Assembly (NCBI GenBank): GCA_964016885.1
Contig: OZ024751.1
Location: 16,368,001-16,432,000, forward strand
Source: Eledone cirrhosa
Taxonomy: Eukaryota
Length of the DNA stretch: 64,000 bases
Reading direction: 5' to 3'
Shown: piece after piece, positions 13,672 through 25,659 of the stretch
Layout: every line of letters begins with the position of its first letter
Numbering within the stretch: the stretch's first letter is position 1
Notes under the pieces: generated by a model
What the model saw: the letters and a program-made list of their open reading frames with translations, nothing else
Told to the model about the DNA's origin: nothing
Database searches by the model: none
Position numbers and translations under genes: made by a program

Positions 13672-14124
13672 AAGAGTGAGAGAGTGAGAGTGTGTGTGAA
13701 TGGAAGGAAGTGAGAAAATATGTAGAGGAAGAATCGAACCCAGTACCTGAAAACCTTGAAATGCAGAGTTACCTTCGGTGGAATTGGCACTTAGAATACA
13801 GAACGCGGGAACGGATACCGAAAACAATTCAATTCGTTGTTCTTACGACTCTGTTCATTCACAAACCTCATATTCCTTTCGGCTACTTTTAATATTTTAT
13901 TTTAATCTTTAATGCTGAACTATGCGTCCCCTCTACTTATTGCTATTTGAACTATTGGCATATGGACCTTTAGTCATTTTCAGGCTAACTTCTCTATTTT
14001 CAATCTCCATCTATATTCTGTATGTATATATTCAATCTATTGTTTCCGTACATTTTCATAAATAGTGCTTATAAATAGTGTGTCTTCAGGGGGAAATGCT
14101 GGGTGCTGTTTGGCGAGTTTGTTC

Positions 14125-14172
<48 letters not shown>

Positions 14173-14227
14173 TATATGTGTGTGTATGTGTGTGTGAGTG
14201 TGTGTATATGTGTGTGTGTGTGTGTGC

Positions 14228-14270
<43 letters not shown>

Positions 14271-14300
14271 TATTCACGTGTATGTGTGAGTATGTAAACG

Positions 14301-14397
<97 letters not shown>

Positions 14398-14589
14398 AAA
14401 TGTTTGACCCCGACGGCAGAGTTCAAGACGTTTCGACGGCTATTTCCTATTACCCACTCTACTACCCTAAGCATTGAGTACTCTGGTGCGTTATGATCCA
14501 TCAGGTTCCTTACCACACCTCCTTCGTTATATATATATATATATATATAAATTCGCGTGTATGTTTGAGTATGTAAACGTATGTATGTA

Positions 14590-14642
<53 letters not shown>

Positions 14643-14657
14643 ACATATATACATATA

Positions 14658-14703
<46 letters not shown>

Positions 14704-15173
14704 CATATATATATATATTTATATATATATATACATATATATTATATATATATATGTGCGTGCGTGTGTGTATGTGTGCTGTGCGTTTATATATCCTTAA
14801 GTATTAGGCATCCACTGTGGATTATTCTCTATCCTTATTTATCTGTGTATTGTTGTATGTAATTCTACATGTATCTATAGAAATGAATGCACCAACAGAT
14901 GCATCTGAAAACGCACTGCAACTGTAAGCATCTTTCCAATTAAATTACCACACTAAGAACTCACTACTTATTTAACGGTACCATCCTTTGCATTTCTTCA
15001 TATATATTTTCCCTATTGGCTCTTCTCTGCAAAATTCTTCATTTCAATAGAAATTTTCTTTCATTTCATCTTAAAAGGTTGTGTATTTCCCTACTCAGAA
15101 ATCTATTTTAGTTAACATTTACTTTTCACGCTACGTAAGTGAATGAGAGTACCTATGCATGGTTATAGTTTGG

Positions 15174-15233
<60 letters not shown>

Positions 15234-15302
15234 TATGAAGAGAGAAGAAACATTTAGATATAATTAGTAATAAAATGTATCATACCTAAACTGTTCCTAA
15301 AT

Positions 15303-15390
15303 TCCTCGACTACGTAGTTTCGTGGCATAAACAAAAACAATATATCAAAGATATAGAGTCCTTGCGAGGTCTGCCGACTTATCAAGAGGA
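15303..15390 (-). ncRNA. Hammerhead ribozyme, U3-A8 core variant (inverted copy)
   Basis: Reverse complement of 16199-16286. Confidence 0.72.
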
Positions 15391-16198
15391 TACCTCATTT
15401 TACTAGTCTCAAGAACGCGTCTACACGACGTGAGAAAGAATCCCAAAAGGCGGAGGAGGAGACAGTCACGCGATATAACGGTCGAGAAACAGAGCTAGGC
15501 CTCTTATAACCACGAAGAAAATACCACGGAGGCGGAGGGGGTATTCATATCGAGGCCGTAGAAGAGGTAGTGAAGAAGGCGAGAAGTATGAGTAATGGAA
15601 GCTTTCCAGTTGTCCCCACACTTCAAAGATTGCTCGACCAGAGGGAGTTATTAATATATTTAGAAACACACAGATACATGCGGACACACACATATATACA
15701 TGAATGCATCCGCACCCATACATTTTATTACTAATTATATCTAAATGTTTCTTCTCTCTTCATAATGTATTTTTAACTCTGATACTGGTTCAGTCTGGTT
15801 CAAACTGAATTGGTCTGTCCCAGTGATTCATTGAGCAACATCGGTGAAGTTGGCACCCTTAACTCACAGTTGGGTGCGGATGCATTCATGTATATATGTG
15901 TGTGTCCGCATGTATCTGTGTGTTTCTAAATATATTAATAACTCCCTCTGGTCGAGCAATCTTTGAAGTGTGGGGACAACTGGAAAGCTTCCATTACTCA
16001 TACTTCTCGCCTTCTTCACTACCTCTTCTACGGCCTCGATATGAATACCCCCTCCGCCTCCGTGGTATTTTCTTCGTGGTTATAAGAGGCTTAGCTCTGT
16101 TTCTCGACCGTTATATCGCGTGACTGTCTCCTCCTCCGCCTTTTGGGATTCTTTCTCACGTCGTGTAGACGCGTTCTTGAGACTAGTAAAATGAGGTA

Positions 16199-16286
16199 TC
16201 CTCTTGATAAGTCGGCAGACCTCGCAAGGACTCTATATCTTTGATATATTGTTTTTGTTTATGCCACGAAACTACGTAGTCGAGGA
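16199..16286 (+). ncRNA. Hammerhead ribozyme, U3-A8 core variant with an extended stem II
   Basis: TCCTC-TTGATAA-[GTcGGCA..long insert..TGCCAC]-GAA-ACTACGTAGT-C-GAGGA. Stem III is a perfect 10-nt palindrome and the site is GUC. Confidence 0.75.
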
Positions 16287-16519
16287 ATTTAGGAACAGTT
16301 TAGGTATGATACATTTTATTACTAATTATATCTAAATGTTTCTTCTCTCTTCATAATGTATTTTTAACTCTGATACTGGTTCAGTCTGGTTCAAACTGAA
16401 TTGGTCTGTCCCAGTGATTCATTGAGCAACATCGGTGAAGTTGGCACCCTTAACTCACAGTTGGGTGCGGATGCATTCATGTATATATGTGTGTGTCCGC
16501 ATGTATCTGTGTGTTTCTA

Positions 16520-16556
<37 letters not shown>

Positions 16557-16801
16557 GTATATATATATATGGTGAAAGAGTGAAGAATAACATGCTCAAC
16601 AGTACAAAAAGGATTTTATTCACAGTATTACGCACACACACATATATATATATATGTATGTGTATATATGTATATATATATTATATATGTATATATATAT
16701 TGTATATATATATATATATATATTGTATATATATATATATATATTGTATATATATATTGTATATATATATATATATATATTGTATATATATATATATATA
16801 T

Positions 16802-16865
<64 letters not shown>

Positions 16866-16880
16866 TATATATATATATAA

Positions 16881-17178
16881 CCTCAGAGCTGTATGGGACC
16901 CTCCCAAACGTCAGCTCAAAAGTGACACAGAGGAGACTGAGGTTAGCTGGCCATGCTCACCGACATCTAGAGTTGACATTGCACTCAGTGATCCGGTGGG
17001 AGCCCCTACATGGACACACTGGAAGAGGAAGACCAATGTTAACGTATGTTGATGCCCTAAGGACAGACACTGGTCTGTTGGAGACGAAGGACATGGCAGC
17101 GATAATGAAGGACAGAGACCGCTGGAGAGAACTCGTCGATGAATCTCGGGAATTTTACCCGCCCTAGATAGATAGATA
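16881..17178 (+). mobile_element. 5'-truncated copy of the same RTE family inside a (TA)n array
   Basis: Encodes [26 protein letters not shown]...SREFYPP*, nearly identical to the C-terminus of the 18388-21522 ORF. Ends in TAGATAGATAGA. Confidence 0.92.
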
Positions 17179-17217
17179 TATATATTTATATATATATATT
17201 GTATATATATGTATACA

Positions 17218-17293
<76 letters not shown>

Positions 17294-17819
17294 CGTGGCT
17301 GTGCGAGTGCGTGTGTGTGTTTCTGTATATATTGTTAGATAAAATGTTCGTAGAGGTGAGTGAATTTCATTATTTCTTTTTCAAGCCACTCTTGAGAACA
17401 TTGCAAGCTGATAGTTGAACACATTAAGCTCACTCTACTATACCTAACCAGCGGCTCAATGGTGTAAAAGACTCCTCTTCCTCTGCCTAATTAGAGTAAA
17501 AGCGGTATTGGATTAGGCAAGCGAGGAATCAGCATTTCGTTTCAAGACTACTACTACTACTACTACTACTACTACCACACAAACGCACACGTATATATAT
17601 ATATATATGTATGTGTATGTGTATGTATATATATATAACAAAGAGGGTGTGATAAGATACCAGGTGGACCCTAACGAGTACCAGAGTACTCAATACTAAG
17701 GGTATCTAGCTGTCGGAACAGCCGGCGCTCCGCCGTCGAGGTCCTGACTCTTTTCATTAAGGACATTTTTTCCAATTCCAGCCCACCCGTCCCCTCAATC
17801 TATCTTATTTCTCATTCTT

Positions 17820-17855
17820 TCTTCTGATGAAGGACTAGCGTCTGAAACGTTAAGA
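17820..17855 (+). ncRNA. Minimal hammerhead (family A; host repeat about 17762-17943)
   Basis: TCTT-CTGATGA-a[GGAC tagc GTCT]-GAA-ACGT-T-AAGA, with a 4-nt palindromic stem III of the dimer type. Confidence 0.72.
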
Positions 17856-18378
17856 CCCTCTTCCTGCTATATCAAGCGTTAACCTAATATATCCCTTCCA
17901 TATAATGTACCGATTGTGTTGTTATTTCTGTCTACCTTTTACATATATATATATATATAAATGTAAGTCCAAAGAATCATTAGATAAAATATATACAGTA
18001 TTTCTTCTCCCAATCAGCATAAATCAACCACACAAAAAATCATTTAAACGAGGCTATAATTTTAAAATATACTTATGAAGAAACAATAGATAAATGATAT
18101 AGCTTCTTATCCGCGACTTAAAACTACCAAAATTTCACCTTGTATTTCTGATAGCCTGTAGAAATTGACTAGACATATAGTTAAACATACATAATTATGT
18201 ACAAAATCAAAGTTAGACAAAAAAAAAATGTACATAAACCTTAACAAAGTCATCAAAATATCTCTACCCCCGGCGATTTCATTCCATTTTTGAATGGTTG
18301 CCAAAAACATATATATATATATATATATCTATGACTTCGTCTAGTTTATATTTATATTCCGTTTAAATTTTTATATAT

Positions 18379-21300
18379 CTAATCTATCTAAGGCGGGTAA
18401 AATTCCCGAGATCCATGGACGAGTTCTCTCCAGCGGTCTCTGTCCCTCATTATCGCTGCCATGTCCTGCGTCTCCAACAGACCAGTGTCTGTCCTTAGGG
18501 CATCAACATATGTTAACCTTGGTCTTCCTCTTCCAGTGTGTCCATGTAGGGGCTCCCAAAGGAGCACGGAGTGCAATGTCAACTCTGGATGTCGGTGAGC
18601 ATGTCCAGCCAACCTCAGTCTCCTCTGTGTCACTTTTGAGCTGACTTTTGGGAGGCTCCCATACAGCTCTGAGTTTTTCATCCTCAGTGTATACTGATTA
18701 ATGTTCAGAGCCATCCTCAGCATTCTCGTGTAGCACCCATCCACCATCTGAGTGAGTCTCTTGGTCAGTGTCCAAGTCTCAGACCCATACAGCAGCACAG
18801 ACTCCACTACAGCAATGAAGAGGCGGATTTTCAGGTCTCTACGAAGGTCCGACTTCCACACCGATCTCAAGCTGTGGCACGCCGCCCAGGCCTTGCTCTT
18901 CCTCTCAACCACATCATCTTCCGTATTCCCAATCTTTGCTCCCAAATACAGGAAGTCCTCAACCAATTCCAGCGGCTTCCCGCCTACATTAGTGATCCTC
19001 TCTGGCTTCTCAACATTCTCTACCAGATATTTTGTTTTAGTCTCATTCATTCTCAGCCCCACACTCATCGACACAGTCTCAACCTCCCGCATCAAATCCT
19101 CTGCCTCCTTCACTGTATTTGTCACCAAAACTATGTCGTCGGCAAATTCAGCATCCGATACCTTTTTCGCCCCAACTCTCCTGCTCTGAGCCGGTGCTAC
19201 AGTAAAGCCAGAGTCCTGGTGTTTCTCCAGTGCAAGGCGCATACAATAGTCCACTACGATGATAAAAAGGTAGGGAGCCAATGTATCTCCCTGGAGCACT
19301 CCAGCCAGTATCTCAAAGAACTCTGTCATCCCATCAGGTGTAATGACTTGGGCTTTGGTGTTGGTGTAGAGCAGTGATATCAGGTCCACTATCCTCTTGG
19401 GGATTCCATAAGCCTGTAAGATCTTCATCAGGCAGTAACGGTCCACAGAATCAAAGGCCTTCCTAAAGTCAATGAAAACCATGACCGCAGGAAGGCACTT
19501 TGCTCTAGCTCCCTCTAATATCCTCCTCAGCATCAGGATGTGACTGGTGGTTGATCTACCCTCTCTGAAGCCGTTCTGGTTGTCCCTGAGCTTCTTCTCC
19601 ATCTCAGGCTGGATCCTGTTAAGAATCATCCTGTTGAGGGTCTTTGCCACAAGTGACGTCAGTGAGATCCCCCGGTAGTTGTTGGTGTTAGAGAGATCTC
19701 CCTTCTTTGGCACTGGGACGATGTTACTGATCCTCCACTGATTCGGAGCAACTCCTTTCTCCAGTGCCCCGTTACAGAACCCCAGGATGATATCATCAAA
19801 ATCACACCACTTCATCACCTCTGATGCTACTCCTTCTTCTCCATGAGCCTTGCCCTCCTTGATCTTCTTCTTGGCTCTCTGAAGCTCCTCTCTGGTGAAG
19901 GGCTCTGTCTCAACATCCAGTTCCTCAAACAGCCGCCTGATCTCCCCAGTGCTCTGGGCTGTGGAGGGTGGCTCTCCTAGTAGGGTCCTAAAATGGTCTA
20001 GCCATTTCCTCTTCCTATCCTCGGGCCCCGTTCCCTGGATCTGACTCGAACACCTTTTCTTCCTCCCTGTGATCTCGTTGATGATCATCCAGCTCTCCTT
20101 ACATCCAGATCTGTCAACCGCTCTCTCCACACTTCTGATCTTCTCTATCAGTGCCTCCTCTCTGACCTCAGTGTAAGCGGTACAGAGCTCTTCCCTCATC
20201 ACCTCCACAGTCTCCATCCTCTCCTCCGTAGGATCAGCATAGAATTGGTCCCTGGCAGCTTTCAGGTGTTCTCTGGCTGCACACACTTTTGGGTCTGCAG
20301 AGCTGACGTGCTTCCCTTTGTTCTTTTTCCTCGGCACCAGGGTTTCACTTGCTTTCGCCACTGCATTGGTGAAGTGCCCGTACCTCCTCGTCACACTCTC
20401 CTCAGTCCATCCAATCTCTCTCTCCTCTGACTCTCCACACAGAGCACTAAACCTGTTTCTCACTTCCACTGTGAACCTCTCCTGTAGCTTATCATCTTCC
20501 TTGAAAGCTCCCCAGTCATAGATTGTTCTCCGGGGCTGAGCCTTGCTCTTTCTTAAGCTCACGCGGACCTCACTCATAACAAGCCGGTGGTCACTACCCA
20601 GTGTACTGAAATAGCTGTATGGTTCCGTGTTCAGAACACTATTCCGCCACTTTTTCCTCACCAGAATGAAATCAATCTGGGACTTGGACAGGTGCATATC
20701 TGAGATGTAGGTCCACATCTTCCCCAGATTCTTCCTAAACCTTAGGTTGGTCGCCATCAAGTTCGCCTCCAGCAGGGTGTCTCTCAGTAGTCTTCCATTT
20801 CGGTTGGTGTTGTTATGGAAGTACCAGCAAGGATCTTCACTGCCCTCCTTACTCAGATGTGCATTGAAGTCCCCCAAAACAAGCAGGATATTGTGTGCCT
20901 GAGTGGTGTTGACAGCTCTACACACTTCCTCATGGAACTCCTCGGCATTCACATCACTGTCCCCCTCGGTTGGACTATAGGCTGAGATGACTGTCAGTCT
21001 TGGGTTTCCATTGAAGGTCACCCTCAACACTCGCGGGGAGATAGGCATTATTTCCCTCACCAACAGATTGGTTTTTGCACTGAACACAAAACCCACTCCT
21101 CCTACTGCAGCATTTGTTGTGTTCTTCACTGCCGATGTAGTGATGAGCTGGCTCTTCCTCCCGATCATCACACTCCTCACGGGCTCATCGTGTAGAATCC
21201 TGTGTTCTTGGATCGCAAGTATCTGTATACCACTCTCCTCGAACAGATGTCCCAACTCCTCTCTCTTCTCCAGCGTTCGAATAGTCCTCACATTCAAAGT

Positions 21301-21697
21301 GCCCATTTTGATGGCTCTTCTGCAGGACAAAACTGCATTCTTTATATTTGTCTCAGAGACAGCTGATCCATCATCCACTGGCCCTCTCTGTGGCTCTAAG
21401 CCAGCAGAGTCATAACGACCAGGCTGCTCCTTGACAGTGTAATTAGGGGCTCTAACCCTAGTGCTGTTAGATCGACTCTCCATATTTCTTTTCAATGGCT
21501 GACAATACCTTACCGGCGCCACTCGAATAAGGTAGTTATTTAACCCATAAATGGAGCCCTAACAGGTACTACCACCCCGGGCCAGGGCAGACCTGGGAGT
21601 CATGACAACTAAGGGGTAACTCCATATTCCCCACATCTCCTGAACTCCCGAACTGGAGCCTTGCCACTGGATGTAGTTTAATGTCATACCCAAGACA

Positions 21698-21698
<1 letters not shown>
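18379..21698 (-). mobile_element. Full-length RTE-clade non-LTR retrotransposon (about 3.3 kb)
   Basis: Single APE+RT ORF, about 200-bp 5' UTR and a (TAGA)-type tail after the stop. A 12-bp target-site duplication ATTTTTATATAT sits at 18367-18378 and 21699-21710. Confidence 0.93.
18388..21522 (-). CDS. RTE ORF: apurinic-like endonuclease + reverse transcriptase (1044 aa from GTG; first ATG at 21483)
   Basis: Uninterrupted ORF. APE motifs: GTLNVRT, AIQEHR, SAYSPT, GDFNAH, QIDFIL, SDHRLV. RT motifs: NYRGISL, QNGFREGRS, FIDFRKAFDSV, GVLQGDTLAPYLF, FADD, LLYGSETW. RTE-type C-terminus GRGRPR..DRDRWR. Confidence 0.95.
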   Translation of the reverse strand: MAPVRYCQPLKRNMESRSNSTRVRAPNYTVKEQPGRYDSAGLEPQRGPVDDGSAVSETNIKNAVLSCRRAIKMGTLNVRTIRTLEKREELGHLFEESGIQILAIQEHRILHDEPVRSVMIGRKSQLITTSAVKNTTNAAVGGVGFVFSAKTNLLVREIMPISPRVLRVTFNGNPRLTVISAYSPTEGDSDVNAEEFHEEVCRAVNTTQAHNILLVLGDFNAHLSKEGSEDPCWYFHNNTNRNGRLLRDTLLEANLMATNLRFRKNLGKMWTYISDMHLSKSQIDFILVRKKWRNSVLNTEPYSYFSTLGSDHRLVMSEVRVSLRKSKAQPRRTIYDWGAFKEDDKLQERFTVEVRNRFSALCGESEEREIGWTEESVTRRYGHFTNAVAKASETLVPRKKNKGKHVSSADPKVCAAREHLKAARDQFYADPTEERMETVEVMREELCTAYTEVREEALIEKIRSVERAVDRSGCKESWMIINEITGRKKRCSSQIQGTGPEDRKRKWLDHFRTLLGEPPSTAQSTGEIRRLFEELDVETEPFTREELQRAKKKIKEGKAHGEEGVASEVMKWCDFDDIILGFCNGALEKGVAPNQWRISNIVPVPKKGDLSNTNNYRGISLTSLVAKTLNRMILNRIQPEMEKKLRDNQNGFREGRSTTSHILMLRRILEGARAKCLPAVMVFIDFRKAFDSVDRYCLMKILQAYGIPKRIVDLISLLYTNTKAQVITPDGMTEFFEILAGVLQGDTLAPYLFIIVVDYCMRLALEKHQDSGFTVAPAQSRRVGAKKVSDAEFADDIVLVTNTVKEAEDLMREVETVSMSVGLRMNETKTKYLVENVEKPERITNVGGKPLELVEDFLYLGAKIGNTEDDVVERKSKAWAACHSLRSVWKSDLRRDLKIRLFIAVVESVLLYGSETWTLTKRLTQMVDGCYTRMLRMALNINQYTLRMKNSELYGSLPKVSSKVTQRRLRLAGHAHRHPELTLHSVLLWEPLHGHTGRGRPRLTYVDALRTDTGLLETQDMAAIMRDRDRWRELVHGSREFYPP

Positions 21699-21760
<62 letters not shown>

Positions 21761-21763
<3 letters not shown>

Positions 21764-21916
21764 AACCAGTAAGACCCCGACAGCTGAGCTCAAGCCGTTC
21801 CGACGGCTTGAGCTCAGCTGTCGGGGTCTTACTGGTTCCTATTACCCACTCTACTACCCCAAGTATTGAGTACTTTGGTGCGTTATGGTCCACCTGGTTC
21901 CTTACCACATTCCTTC

Positions 21917-21918
<2 letters not shown>
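21761..21918 (+). mobile_element. Family B short fold-back element (other copies at 14395-14527, 17638-17755 minus, 48775-48966, 63015-63072)
   Basis: Shared 3' tail TATTACCCACTCTACTACCC..GGTTCCTTACCACACCTCCTTCGT(TA)n, with a 5' hairpin of variable length. Confidence 0.75.
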
Positions 21919-21993
<75 letters not shown>

Positions 21994-22129
21994 CATATAT
22001 ATATATACATACATATATATATATACTGTATATATATATATATGTAAATGGTAAACAGAAATAAAACACAATCGGTACAGTATATGGAAGGTATATATTA
22101 GGTTAACGCTTGGTATAGCAGGAAGAGGC

Positions 22130-22165
22130 TCTTAACGTTTCTGACGCTAGTCCTTCATCAGAAGA
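22130..22165 (-). ncRNA. Minimal hammerhead (family A; host repeat about 22043-22230)
   Basis: TCTT-CTGATGA-AGGACTAGCGTCA-GAA-ACGT-T-AAGA. The flanks align with 17762-17943. Confidence 0.65.
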
Positions 22166-22276
22166 AAGAATGAGAAATAAAATAGATTGAGGGGCCGGGC
22201 GGGATGGAATTGGAAAAAGTGTCTTTAGATAAAAAATAACAGGTCCATTCATGTTGACATCTCTTGCAAAACTGTT

Positions 22277-22308
<32 letters not shown>

Positions 22309-23044
22309 TATAAGCAACTTGGTGGCGTGTTTTCTCTAAGGATCAATCTGAAGATATTAAAGTCAAACTGACCAATAACAAAATAAAGGTCACTTTCCCT
22401 AGAAGAACATATACATAGAATCAACACTGTCATTTATTTCCGACTTGTCAATATTCGTATCTGTTATTGGTTTGGCGACGGAAAAGTTGCGAATCCTCTT
22501 GCAGTTTTATCTAAATCCATTATAGAAAAAGAAGTGATTTGGTAGTTCAACTAAAATAAAAATCGTTGCTATATCCAACGCATGATTAAATCAGATGAAG
22601 GGTAATTTAAAGTAACTTAAATACGATGGTACTCAAACAAAGGAAATATCTGAAACTAAAGTAAAAACCACAATCATGAGCTAAAATGACTCTCTACTAC
22701 TTTAAATAGGTATACAGAATTGATTTCATCAATAAATAGAGAAAGATAATGGCATGATTTGAGATTGTTATCAACTTCTATTTTATATTTTTAAAATCTT
22801 ACACTATCGTAATGTCAATTTAGTCATATATATTTTTTTAATTTTATATCTTGGAAATGTATAATGAAGCACTTTATTTATGCATCAGGCCATTTCAATA
22901 GAGAGAGCATTAGGAATACTCGAGAGGGTTTTAGGGAAAATATAAGATGTCGGATCTTGTTAATTTTTATCAGTTTACTGATCTAAAATGTTAGCTTGCC
23001 ACTTCACAAACGTTTACATTTAAAAAGGCAACTGTTGAATAAGA

Positions 23045-23165
<121 letters not shown>

Positions 23166-23315
23166 TGTGTGTATATGTATATATATATATATATATACAT
23201 ATATATACATATATATGTATGTATATATATGTATATATATGTATGTATATATATATGTATGTATATATATGTATATATATATATCTATATATATATATAT
23301 GTGTATATATATATC

Positions 23316-23346
<31 letters not shown>

Positions 23347-23565
23347 AAGTATATATGTGTATAAATATGTATGTATATATATATGTATGTATATATATGT
23401 ATATATATATATATATATTGAAGTCGCTGTCTTCAATTTGCAAAGCTGTCTAAACGTAATGTAACTCTAGGGTAATATACCCTATTGAGTGCTTAGTCGC
23501 ACACCGAGATTGCATTCGTTAGCTTGGCTGCAACCAGAGCTTCGATGATGCTGTACTAAATTGCG

Positions 23566-23718
<153 letters not shown>

Positions 23719-23762
23719 TGAAAATGAACAAAGGAACTATTATGACATTATAACAAGTTTAT

Positions 23763-23809
23763 TGCCGACAGCCGTTTCGTCTGACCATATGGTGGGACTT
23801 TTCAAGACA
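23763..23809 (-). ncRNA. Hammerhead ribozyme, U3-A8 core variant
   Basis: TGTC-TTGAAAA-[GTC..ACCATATGGT..GAC]-GAA-ACGGCTGT-C-GGCA-ATAAA, in an insert of about 270 bp between (TA)n arrays. Confidence 0.72.
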
Positions 23810-23999
23810 TATAATAGGTGGTTGTAAGTTCATTATTTACATCGACGTTTCACACAAGATTAGCAGTTTGAAATTGTGGTATACATCAGCAGCTCCGCTT
23901 GTATATTTGGGGTCTATATTCTAAGGGGGCTCTTTTATATTAGTTGTCGGAGTTGTAAAAGGGATGGGTTATGGGGAGTTGCTTATATATATATATATA

Positions 24000-24044
<45 letters not shown>

Positions 24045-24079
24045 ATATGTATATATGTATATATATATGTGTATATATG

Positions 24080-24154
<75 letters not shown>

Positions 24155-24346
24155 AGTATGTTTTGAAACAGCGAGCAAGTTTGAAATTAGAAAATAGACG
24201 CTTTCACCGTATTTTTTTTACTAAAGAAATTTTAGTCTGGTAGTGGGGTTTAGAACCTTCAGAAAAATGGGAAAAATGAGTATTGACGTGTCAATACTCA
24301 TCTTTTTTCATTTCTCTGAGGGTTCTTATGTACCAGAAATCCTTAG

Positions 24347-24900
24347 TTACAGCATTATGTAGTAGTTGATGCGCTCCACTTGATATAGGTTGCCAGTTTT
24401 GTCGGAATGGACGTGCACGGCATTAGAATCCTTAATAGAACGAATTCTATTCTTCAGGTCCTGCTGGAAGGAATTGCTCCTATTCTGAAATTTGATACTC
24501 CGTATGAGCTCCAAGACATCATTTTCGAAGGGTAGCAATGTTGGGTTACACGGAGGGTTATTATAGGTTTTAAACCAACATTTATCCTGTTTGTTGTCTG
24601 CTTTTCGCGGATTATCGAAATAAAAGGCACGCCAAAGCAAACTTTTAATGAACGCGTCTGTTTTCTGTATCATGAGTTTTAGGTATGCTTTCCTGCTTGG
24701 TACGGGTATGTTCTTTGTAGAAATATTCAGATGTTGTTTCTGCATGATGCATATAAGTCAATAGAGTGCTCAACCGAGGGAGCCAAATAGTAGTAATAAT
24801 AATAAATTTGAAGACTAAAATCCAAAGAGGGCTCGATAAGGATAAATATATATCAAATATATAAGAACCGTAGAGCAAATATTTATTAAAATAACAGATT
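24347..24900 (-). mobile_element. Naiad-like Penelope-like element 5' fragment (pLTR end + ORF N-terminus 24347-24745)
   Basis: STKNIPVPSRKAYLKLMIQKTDAFIKSLLWRAFYF..FK..PP..FENDVLELIRSIKF..FQ..L..HSDKTGNLY carries DKT in place of the PLE DKG motif. Upstream 24790-24900 matches the repeat at 48630-48741. Confidence 0.7.
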
Positions 24901-24918
24901 TAGTCGTCAAATTTATTA

Positions 24919-25021
<103 letters not shown>

Positions 25022-25031
25022 CGTATGTATG

Positions 25032-25063
<32 letters not shown>

Positions 25064-25659
25064 GTATATATATATGTATGTATATATATGTATATATGCA
25101 TATATGTATGTATATATATATTGTATATATATGCAGAGGTAATATTTAATTTGTTGGGATTCAACAATCTTAAACATTTTTATAATTGATATAAACCACT
25201 CAACAGATTAGTGGAGTAAATACACAATATATTAATAAATGGAAACTATATTTATAAAACCATATTTATTTTATTATATATATTTCAAGGGCAGCAAGGC
25301 AAATTATGGTGCGCTTTCATCAAATAAAATACAGATTTGTTTTATAAATAAATATTGACATAACCGGAAAAAGACAACCTTAACGGTTGGAGCTTCCTGG
25401 ATAGTGGAGATAAAATTTTATTGAGGATAATACAACGTTATGAGCGAGTATGCAAATGAGTGTCCGAAAAGTTGAAAAGATAACGGTTTATTTAAATTAA
25501 ACTGTTGGAAGAAGAGGATATGTAAGGGAGAGCGAAAAAAAAAAGGAAGGAGAAAGAGAGAAGAAGAAAGAAAGAATGATTATACATTGTGATAGTGAAG
25601 ATAGTCAAGAGTGAACGAAGAAATAAATATTAATGGAAGAGTATAGAGCGTAAATATAT

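Larger units (their letters stand above)
15231..16525. mobile_element. Hammerhead-bearing element: about 1.36 tandem copies of a 591-bp unit plus an inverted copy of about 490 bp, in (TA)n
   Basis: 15721-15935 is repeated at 16312-16525 (period 591). 15231-15718 is the reverse complement of about 15871-16358. Confidence 0.85.

Noticed and set aside
15466-16123. Duplicated 75-85 aa ORF (..GIFFVVIRGLALFLDRYIA)
   Set aside because: It has no recognisable domain, and the duplication simply follows the inverted repeat of the 591-bp unit.
18752-21415. Plus-strand ORFs overlapping the RTE, and antisense ORFs inside the Tx1 element
   Set aside because: They are shadow frames of GC-rich coding sequence.
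17638-22230. Families A and B on both sides of the RTE as terminal inverted repeats of a composite element
   Set aside because: The order is B-,A+ ... B+,A-, which is not a mirror image. The copies are diverged and the RTE has its own TSD, so these are independent insertions.
24252-24326. Hairpin of about 75 bp with CTGAAGG/CTGAGGG near the Naiad fragment as a hammerhead
   Set aside because: The core lacks A9 and the stems do not close properly. It is probably another decayed fold-back, but it is not supportable as a ribozyme.
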